Below, piece by piece: positions 15,935 through 22,854 of a stretch of 27,288 bases of DNA. Position 1 is the first letter of the stretch, and each line of letters begins with the position of its first letter. Source of the stretch: Candidatus Omnitrophota bacterium (GTDB lineage Bacteria; Omnitrophota; Gorgyraeia; JAFGHF01; JAZDEE01). Location: the NCBI GenBank assembly GCA_043809065.1, contig JAZDEE010000102.1, positions 1 through 27,288 of the forward strand, written 5' to 3'. The position numbers and the translations under genes are program-made. The notes under the pieces are model-generated. The model made no database searches and was not told the DNA's origin. It saw nothing but the letters and a program-made list of their open reading frames with translations.

Positions 15935-16471
15935 CTACTGGCAACAGATAATTGCTGTACCAGATGGAAAGGCAGGAGGATTAGTCGTCCATCCCGATGG
16001 ACAGGCCCCACCTGGGGGATAAAATATATACTCCGCAGCTCGATTGCAATACCCCCAGTCCCCCGCAGTACCCATATTGTTATACCCGGCCAGGCAACTG
16101 CCCGTATAAGAAACATAACAGATGCTCGTTACCCTGGCCCAAGCTGTACCGTTGGCATACTTGAGCGTGCCTTGAGTAGAATTATAAATAACCTCGCCCG
16201 CTTTATTAGGGTCTACTGCCGGGTCACTGGCCTGCCCTTTAAAAATCACACTGTCTTCCACCCAGATCTCTCCCTGGGCCAAAGCCCCCACTGTGCCTAT
16301 CGCCGAACTGCTGATGTTCCCTACCGCCAGGCTTTTCTTCGTCTCCAAATCCCGATAGCTGCCATAAGGCGAAGGATAATAGGAGGTAATTTGATACGTC
16401 TCGGCAAAAACCGTACCGGCAAGAAAAACTGTTAATAATAGTAAAAATACTATAATGTTACGTTTAACCAC
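15935..16471 (-). CDS. Secreted YYPSPYG-motif protein with Cys-rich C-terminal domain (adhesin/fibre-tip-like)
   Basis: GAGGAGG then GTG at 16471; signal peptide ending TVFA; ETYQITSYYPSPYGSY; GEVIYNSTQGTLKYANGTAW; C-terminal domain with six Cys ending IICCQ. Confidence 0.72.
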   Translation of the reverse strand: MVKRNIIVFLLLLTVFLAGTVFAETYQITSYYPSPYGSYRDLETKKSLAVGNISSSAIGTVGALAQGEIWVEDSVIFKGQASDPAVDPNKAGEVIYNSTQGTLKYANGTAWARVTSICYVSYTGSCLAGYNNMGTAGDWGYCNRAAEYIFYPPGGACPSGWTTNPPAFPSGTAIICCQ

Positions 16472-16539
16472 CTTGTCCCTCCTCGGACTTATTTGTTTGG
16501 GCAGGCGCATTACAATTTTACATATATTTTCTGAAAAGC

Positions 16540-17301
16540 TCAAGATAAATCTACACTGTTTTTATAATGGCGCAAAGTCTCCAATTCCTTTTTTAAAGGC
16601 GCCCAGTATTCTATATCCTTCCGGCGTTCTGTCAACTCTTCTTCCTGAAGATGGGAATTAAGTTCCTGTATGTCAAGATTAATAAGCGACGATAAAAGGG
16701 GACGTTTAGCAACAGACTTTTGGGCAATTTCAGGATAAACTTTAGCAAGGTTAATAAGAGATTGAACGTTCCTGCTTTCCAGAAACCACCATTTTATCCG
16801 CTCAGACGCAGGATTATTTTTATTTAAAACAATGTCATTCTCTACCAAAAGTTTAAGCATTAACCAATCTTTATCGCGTTGGGTCTTTTTGCTTTGAACA
16901 AGGTCATTAAGCCCAATAACGTTTATCTTAGCGCCGCCCTTCAAACTAATTGTTTTTTTTCGTTCCCATAATTTTTCAAACGGTTCACATCCCCTTAATT
17001 TTGACATCACATCTATACGCAACTTTCGCACATCTTCGGCGTTACATCTAAAATGACAGGCATGCCCCCGTTCTAAATAATCCGCCTCTAATGGAGGGAC
17101 ATAAATAAGTTCTGCCTTCAAGGCCTTCAAGGCTTTTTTAAACCGTTCAAGGTTATCCTGAGCGCAAAGCACGACAAAATCAGAGTCACGGCTGAATTCA
17201 GCCGCGCCGTAAATAATGCAGGCTTGTCCGCCTATTAACAGCGATTTTACTCTATGTTTTTGAAACGTAGAAAGGACTTTGAGGATCGGGTTCAGGGTCA
17301 A
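16540..17301 (-). CDS. Pol-beta superfamily nucleotidyltransferase (minimal-NT-like) with C-terminal helical extension
   Basis: LLIGGQACIIYGAAEFSRDSDF (GG and DxD motifs), RIDVM, DLVQSKKTQRDKD; TTG start after GGGAGG. Confidence 0.78.
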   Translation of the reverse strand: MTLNPILKVLSTFQKHRVKSLLIGGQACIIYGAAEFSRDSDFVVLCAQDNLERFKKALKALKAELIYVPPLEADYLERGHACHFRCNAEDVRKLRIDVMSKLRGCEPFEKLWERKKTISLKGGAKINVIGLNDLVQSKKTQRDKDWLMLKLLVENDIVLNKNNPASERIKWWFLESRNVQSLINLAKVYPEIAQKSVAKRPLLSSLINLDIQELNSHLQEEELTERRKDIEYWAPLKKELETLRHYKNSVDLS

Positions 17302-17434
17302 GACTTCCTCCCAGCGCTAAATAGAGCTGCCATAATTTGGTGGTTTCCAAGACGCGTTGAGCAGGCGTTATCTTAACCCACTCTTCTTGTTCGTCTATAA
17401 AACCTGATTCAAGCAAATCTTTTTTTCGCCGCAT
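17252..17434 (-). CDS. Small protein overlapping and upstream of the nucleotidyltransferase (putative TA partner)
   Basis: 60 aa, W...TPAQRVLETTKLWQLYLALGGSLDPEPDPQSPF; overlaps the NTase start by 50 nt. The start is uncertain. Confidence 0.6.
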   Translation of the reverse strand: MRRKKDLLESGFIDEQEEWVKITPAQRVLETTKLWQLYLALGGSLDPEPDPQSPFYVSKT

Positions 17435-17580
17435 ATTGTCCAGCCGTCAGATATTTTTCAATTCTCTGATTATCCCACTAAATTCCAGTTGCTAATGCAA
17501 AATATAAGGTTAACCGAATTTCTCATTCGGGTTACAATATATTTGTCTTGTATTTTACACATATTCCCGGGAATTCTCAA

Positions 17581-17618
17581 GAAAAATCGCCTTCGGCGAA
17601 GCTTTTAAGCGATTTTTC
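17581..17618. terminator. Hairpin after pyrF (terminator-like)
   Basis: GAAAAATCGC ... GCGATTTTTC 10-bp inverted repeat about 20 nt past the pyrF stop. Confidence 0.45.
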
Positions 17619-17637
17619 ACAGGCACCGTTAGAAATT

Positions 17638-18360
17638 TTATTTCTCACAGGGTAAAGCTATGGTAATTTCGCTGATTATTTTTTGCGCGGCGCCAAAAGG
17701 GTCTTTGGCCTGCGTAATCGGCCGGCCAACTACAAGATAATCCGCTCCCTGGGCAATCGTATCTTGAGCAGACATCGTCCTTTTCTGGTCATCAGGCGGC
17801 GCGTCAGCCGGGCGTATCCCCGGAGTAACGATAATAAATTTTTTTTCTATACCGCAGCGCAGCATATTTATTTCCCGCGGGGAAGCCACCACCCCATCCA
17901 AACCGGCCTGAACAGCCATCCGGGCAAGAGTTAATACCTCTTCCTGAACAGCAGCAGGAATACCAACCTCGGATAACTGATTCTCGTCCATACTGGTCAG
18001 CACAGTTACCCCCAGTATCTTCGTCCTGGTTGAAGAACGCCGGACAGCTTCTACTGCCGCCCGCAGCATATTCACGCCGCCCAAAGTATGCACAGTAAGC
18101 ATCGCCGGATTATACCGGCAGGCCGCCTGCACCGCCAGGTGAACGGTATTAGGAATATCGTGGAATTTCAGGTCCAGAAAAAACTCCGCTTTCTTCTTTT
18201 TTATAAATTCCAGGATATTCGGACCACAGGCAGTAAAAAGCTGGCTGCCTACCTTAAAAAGCTTCACTGCAGGGGCAAGTATCCTGACCAGTTCTTTTGC
18301 CGTTTTAAAGTCGGCAACGTCTAAAGCAACTATCAATCTATCTTGTGGATTTACCCGCAT
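17638..18360 (-). CDS. pyrF: Orotidine-5'-phosphate decarboxylase
   Basis: LIVALD, LFKVG, FLDLKFHDIPNTV, GVTVLTS, DGVVAS, VTPGIR, DDQKR, VVGRPIT. Start set at 18360; the track's N-terminal 38 aa come from repeats. Confidence 0.97.
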   Translation of the reverse strand: MRVNPQDRLIVALDVADFKTAKELVRILAPAVKLFKVGSQLFTACGPNILEFIKKKKAEFFLDLKFHDIPNTVHLAVQAACRYNPAMLTVHTLGGVNMLRAAVEAVRRSSTRTKILGVTVLTSMDENQLSEVGIPAAVQEEVLTLARMAVQAGLDGVVASPREINMLRCGIEKKFIIVTPGIRPADAPPDDQKRTMSAQDTIAQGADYLVVGRPITQAKDPFGAAQKIISEITIALPCEK

Positions 18361-18383
18361 CAGAGAGAGCCTTCTTCTATTGT

Positions 18384-18408
18384 GGACAGGGGCAAGCCCT
18401 GTCCCTAC
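18384..18408 (-). repeat. GTAG-type REP-like hairpin
   Basis: Minus strand GTAG-GGACAGGG-CTTGC-CCCTGTCC; same CTTGC loop as the 7370 copy. Confidence 0.75.
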
Positions 18409-18432
18409 TGCTCTGTCACATAAATTATTGTT

Positions 18433-18578
18433 AAATTCGAAGCACGAAATCCGAAACAAATTCGAATTCTCCAATGCTCAAATGTTCAAAACAATATTCT
18501 TTAGGTATATGTTTGGGTCCTATGTATTTTGAGAATTTAAACATTGTTTCGGATTTCGATATTCGGATTTCGGATTTT
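18433..18578. repeat. Heptamer-periodic imperfect palindrome, copy B
   Basis: aaattcgaagcacgaaatccgaaacaaattcg... / ...ttgtttcggatttcgatattcggatttcggatttt; the loop shares ATATTCTTTAGG with copy A. Confidence 0.85.
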
Positions 18579-18606
18579 AAATTATAGAAATTAATGGGAC
18601 AATGCA

Positions 18607-19666
18607 CTACGGCATCTCGCTTAATTTAAAAACGCAATAGTCCTTGCATTTCAATCGTAAATAGGCATTTTCGTCTATCCCCATCTCACTATGAAATTTA
18701 TCAATAAAGGCCTGGGCGGCCAGAAAATGCCCATAAAGATTGGGATGCACTATATCCTCGGCAGCAATCTTAAGATTGTTGAATCCCGCCTGTTCAAATT
18801 TATCCACCATGTTCAAATATTTAATATCTAATTCTTCCAGAATGGCAATGACAGTTTCCCGCGCTTTTTTTTTGCCAGCCGCGATCGTATACAGCTTCAT
18901 CTAAGTGGGGATACAGGATGCAAAATAATAACGCTCCGTTTTTAGCGGCATACTCCTTAATTTTTGAAAAACCCTGTTTAACAATAGAGCTGTTCGCAAT
19001 CACTCCTTCAACCGAAGAATACTTTTTTATCCCAAACTGGGCTTTTTTAATTTTAAAATATCTATATACCGCCGAATATCTAAACAAAGCGGGATTATAT
19101 TCCCCCGCCGGTCCAAACAAGTTGTAAGCCATTTTCTTATCACGCGGGACAATCGTCATACAGGGCGTAAAATCATTCTCACAAAACCCAACTATTATTA
19201 TTTCAGGGGTCATTTTGATTCTTGTTTCCAAGTACAGCGCTTCTTGTAATGTATTATAGCCTCCTATCCCCGCGTTCCAGATTCGGTATGGTTCTTTCAG
19301 AAAAAATTCGAATGCCTTTTCCAAATATCTATACTGAAGCAAAGAATCACCAATTAAAAGGATGTCCTTTCCCTGTCCTGCCATATTTAAATACTTTTTC
19401 CCGTTCTGGCATCCGCAACAGCCGTCCGACGCAATCCAGGCTGGTCCAGGCACATATCCCAACTCGGAATCAGCAATCCATAAGTTATCTTTTATATGCC
19501 GATTAAAGTTAGGGTTGACGTCATCAAAAGTAAAATAGTGGCAGGCATTGTATTTACTCAGACAATATTCCAGAACTAACCAACATATAATTAGAGTGAC
19601 CAGCAGGATTGCCCAATTGGCCGCTATATTCAAAATCTTTTCACGAGCGCTAAAATTTTTCTTCAT
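18607..19666 (-). pseudogene. Membrane-anchored SGNH/GDSL hydrolase or O-acyltransferase, split by a frameshift at an A9 run (possibly phase-variable)
   Basis: ORF 18821-19666 has an N-terminal TM plus blocks I-III (LLIGDS, NAGIGGYN, GFCEND). ORF 18607-18900 has block V (EDIVHPNLYGH). Removing one A at 18865-18873 fuses them into 352 aa. Confidence 0.85.
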
Positions 19667-20885
19667 CTCTGGGGTTCTCGGTTAGCGGTTGGCGGTTAGC
19701 GGTTTTTGTAATTTTGTTATACGCTGACAATATAGAGGCTGCTGTCCGCTCCCAGGTATACTTATTCTCGATTCTCTGCCGGCTGAGCCGGCTTATTTTT
19801 TCCCTTAACGTTTCGTGCTTAAGCAATTTTAATATCCCCTCCGCTAAAGGATGCTGTTCCCCCGGTTTAACTAAAATGCCCACTCCTCCGACCATTTTTC
19901 TCACTTCACCCACGTTACTGGCCACAACCGGCTTACCGGAAGCCAGATATTCTACTATTTTCAGAGGACTCTTGCAGCGGGTTACCTGAGTGTCCCTGAA
20001 AGGCGCGACGCAAATGCTGGCCGCGGCAATATAACTGGGTATCTCCTGATGCGGCACAGCGCCGGTAAAAATTACTTTGTTCCCGATCCCTAAATCAGCG
20101 GCCAGCCGCTTTAAGGTTCCCTCCAGGAAGCCTTCTCCCGCCACCATAAAAGTCACCGCAGGGAACTCGTGTCCAACAATATTAGCCGCCCTTAAGAACA
20201 AATCCACATATTGCGCCCCGTGCAGCTGACCGACATAAAGAACCAGAGGCCCCCTAATGTCATATTTTTCCCGCACCCATCCGCCATATAATCCGGGTTT
20301 GAATCTTTGCAAATCCGCGCCTACCGGACTATCAAAGATGTACTCGTCTTTTACTCCGTATTGCCTGGTCAGGTCCTTTAAATGACTGCTGGCGCAGGAA
20401 ACGGAATCAGCCAGAACCGGCAGCCATCTTTCCAGTATCTGAAAAGACCTGCCAATAAACCGCGAATGCAGCCCCCGGCCGCAGGATTCATACCAGATTT
20501 TTTCTTCCCAGTCATCCCAGTCATAATGCAATGGTTTAGCGCTAAGATAGGCCGCAACTACCGCGGGAACAGCGGCATAATGATGGCACTTCTGAAAATG
20601 CACGACATCCGCCCAGCGGCACAACCTGGTTAAAACCAGGGTATTCACAATAAAAGAATACGGTGACGGCGTTCTGTCCAGGGTAATCAATTCCACTAAA
20701 GGTTCAGTCTGAGCTTTCTTTTCATGCATAGCTAAAGGAAAATAGCACAATTTAACCTTATGACCATTTCGGATAAATTCCCGGGCAATATTTTTTATTC
20801 TGATTGTCCAAGGCTCAGATGAATCGAACAAGTCATGCGGATGCACCATTAAAATATTCACGGTTTGCTTTTTCCTCCGCCCCAT
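19650..20885 (-). CDS. Glycosyltransferase family 4 (GT-B)
   Basis: VLYVGQL, VAGEG, VIFTGAVPHQEIPSYIAAA, SPLKIVEYLASGKPVVASNVGE. Confidence 0.93.
   Translation of the reverse strand: MGRRKKQTVNILMVHPHDLFDSSEPWTIRIKNIAREFIRNGHKVKLCYFPLAMHEKKAQTEPLVELITLDRTPSPYSFIVNTLVLTRLCRWADVVHFQKCHHYAAVPAVVAAYLSAKPLHYDWDDWEEKIWYESCGRGLHSRFIGRSFQILERWLPVLADSVSCASSHLKDLTRQYGVKDEYIFDSPVGADLQRFKPGLYGGWVREKYDIRGPLVLYVGQLHGAQYVDLFLRAANIVGHEFPAVTFMVAGEGFLEGTLKRLAADLGIGNKVIFTGAVPHQEIPSYIAAASICVAPFRDTQVTRCKSPLKIVEYLASGKPVVASNVGEVRKMVGGVGILVKPGEQHPLAEGILKLLKHETLREKISRLSRQRIENKYTWERTAASILSAYNKITKTANRQPLTENPRDEEKF
19679..19704. repeat. Heptamer microsatellite (CGGTTRG)n inside the GT4 3' end
   Basis: cggttag cggttgg cggttag cggtt, encoding TANRQPLT. 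Confidence 0.75.
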
Positions 20886-21904
20886 AGTACCTGTTTCTTA
20901 ACAATCATATACATCCAGAAATACATAATATAAAAAAATGTGCAGCCGAAAAGCGCGCATAAGGCCGCCCACTTGAATAAACGTCTCTTTTTTCCCTTAA
21001 TACTTTTAGCGGGTAAAAATGTCCCTTTATCCTCCAGAACCGCTGCTTCGCACCGGCGGCACAAAAACTCATCAGACATCGGCTGTTTGCCCTTAATCCG
21101 CTGCCAAACCTGTCTCCTTGAGCCACTCCAGACCCGGGTAATACTTTCTTGATTCAAATCCCCCAAAATTACTTCCCGGCGCCAATCCATACAGCATAAA
21201 ACCACTTTCCCGTCTTCAACAATATGCAGCATTTGATCCGCCCAAATGGTATTACACCCTAAGACACTGCCTGGATTGCGGACTTTGGGTAAATCAGGGA
21301 CATTTCCCGCCCGGGAAATAGGCCCGTCAAAATAATTTATCCTTTCCAGGCCTCTTTTCCGCCAAAAGGCGATGGCCTCTTCTTTTTCTTCTTCGGAAAG
21401 ATATTTATGCCTGAGGAAAGTAAGCATTACATATTCTTTTATGTTTTTTCTATCCCTGGCTTGATCAATAAAGTTGTTGATTCTCTGAAAAGTAATCTCG
21501 TAAGGCAGTCCCATGGCTTTTTCAATAGTTTCCTTTTTAAGCCCGTGAAAACTTATCCCAATCCAGTCCAATTGAGAATCCAAAAGCTTACCAGACATCT
21601 CTCCGGTAAGCAGCAAACCGTTGGTCAGAATATGCACCCCCGCGCGGGGAACCATTTCTTTCGCGTAATTTATCCGCTCGATCAAATACGGATCCGTCAA
21701 CGGCTCGTTGTTCATATAAAGCAATATTTTTTCAATATGGTTATGGCTTGCGCATTCATCAATAATCTTGCGATAAAGACCCATATCCATAATCCGGGCG
21801 GGAAAAGTATCCTTTATCTCTTTATAGGGACAAAAGATACACCCGGCATTGCATAAAGATGTCGTTTGAATGGAAAGATACCGGGGAAAACCCAATGACT
21901 CCAC
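20858..21904 (-). CDS. Radical SAM protein with SPASM/twitch domain and C-terminal transmembrane helix
   Basis: CNAGCIFC (CxxxCxxC), YMNNEPL, ILTNG; SPASM-like CNTIW...GKVVLCCMDW...CRRC; C-terminal KWAALCALFGCTFFYIMYFWMYMIVKK. Probable GTG start at 21904 after GAGGG. Confidence 0.88.
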   Translation of the reverse strand: MESLGFPRYLSIQTTSLCNAGCIFCPYKEIKDTFPARIMDMGLYRKIIDECASHNHIEKILLYMNNEPLTDPYLIERINYAKEMVPRAGVHILTNGLLLTGEMSGKLLDSQLDWIGISFHGLKKETIEKAMGLPYEITFQRINNFIDQARDRKNIKEYVMLTFLRHKYLSEEEKEEAIAFWRKRGLERINYFDGPISRAGNVPDLPKVRNPGSVLGCNTIWADQMLHIVEDGKVVLCCMDWRREVILGDLNQESITRVWSGSRRQVWQRIKGKQPMSDEFLCRRCEAAVLEDKGTFLPAKSIKGKKRRLFKWAALCALFGCTFFYIMYFWMYMIVKKQVLWGGGKSKP

Positions 21905-21934
21905 CGACAAGCCCTCATATAATATGTTAAAATT

Positions 21935-22061
21935 AAATCCGAAGCACGAAATTCGAAACTCGAAACAATTTTCAAATAAAATCCAAATAACCAAAACAAA
22001 ATTTATGAAAATTGAAACATTCGGATTTGTTTCGGATTTCGATATTCGGATTTCGAACTTT
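21935..22061. repeat. Heptamer-periodic imperfect palindrome, copy C
   Basis: aaatccgaagcacgaaattcgaaactcgaaacaa... / ...tttgtttcggatttcgatattcggatttcg. Confidence 0.85.
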
Positions 22062-22089
22062 CATATCTTTACCACTTTAAGAGACGCGC

Positions 22090-22578
22090 CTAAAACACGC
22101 TGATATTCGCCCAGACAGCGAAATCCGTATATTCGTTATCCAGGCTGGTGACTTTGAGAGTTAATTCTTTCACGTTGTCTATCGGTATTTTTACCTCATC
22201 TACCGCTCCGGCGCATAAGGGAATACTGGTAAAGATCGCGGTTCCATCAGCGGAAATCTCAAAAACTAATTTGCTCTTGTAATCAAAATGCTTGTTTCCG
22301 ATGCCGATTTTCGCGTTAAGCTCCTTATAATTTTTTTCTAACTTGATTTTTAACTCCGTACCAGCCTCCATACAAATGCCTTTTTCATAGAGGATAGAAT
22401 CAAGCTGGATAGTTTCTCCGTCAAAATCCTTGTTTACAGAAAAAGTAGACTGTTTTTCTAACGGCAAATCGCTAAGGTAAGTATGTTCGGGATTAGCCTG
22501 TACAAAGGGATGCTCCTGGGCAAAACAAAATGAAGTCAACAACATTATTATTCCTAAAAAACAGATGGTCTTTTTCAT
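22090..22578 (-). CDS. Secreted NPCBM/NEW2 carbohydrate-binding domain protein
   Basis: GAGGAGG before ATG 22578; signal peptide ending CFA; YLSDL, NKDFDGETIQL, YEKGI, VFEISADG, VKELTLKV, AVWAN. Confidence 0.82.
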   Translation of the reverse strand: MKKTICFLGIIMLLTSFCFAQEHPFVQANPEHTYLSDLPLEKQSTFSVNKDFDGETIQLDSILYEKGICMEAGTELKIKLEKNYKELNAKIGIGNKHFDYKSKLVFEISADGTAIFTSIPLCAGAVDEVKIPIDNVKELTLKVTSLDNEYTDFAVWANISVF

Positions 22579-22679
22579 TTCCCCTCCTCTTTTTTCTGTC
22601 TCAAGCCCTTTCATCCAAATTTTTCTTTCCAACCGCCCCTCCTTTCCCGCACTGCGGTTCTGTAAAAAACATAAAATTT

Positions 22680-22854
22680 AATCACCACATCGAAATAACC
22701 AATAACCAAGAAACAATACCCAAACAATCACCAATAACCAAATTCAAATAACCAAACACGACGGGTTGTTTGATTATTGGTTATTGGGCTTTGGTTATTG
22801 TTTGGAATTTGTATCTTGGTCATTGGTTATTTTCTCACTGGTCATTGGAAATTT
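22680..22854. repeat. Heptamer-periodic palindrome, AATAACC/GGTTATT type (copy D)
   Basis: aataaccaataaccaagaaacaatacccaaacaatcaccaataacc... mirrored by ...ttattggttattgggctttggttattgtttggaatttgtatcttggtcattggttatt. Confidence 0.85.

Noticed and set aside
15935-16471. Diversity-generating retroelement target
   Set aside because: No reverse transcriptase and no second, adenine-variant copy of the 3' region in the window.
18361-18474. N-terminal extension of PyrF (and similar extensions of ManC, Def, PurH, and the radical SAM ORF at 21905-21994)
   Set aside because: The extensions run through REP or heptamer repeats or upstream genes; better RBS/start pairs lie at the family-typical N-termini.
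22631-22659. AACCGC...GCGGTT short inverted repeat upstream of the NPCBM gene
   Set aside because: Only a 6-bp stem with a long loop and no U-tract; not distinguishable from chance.
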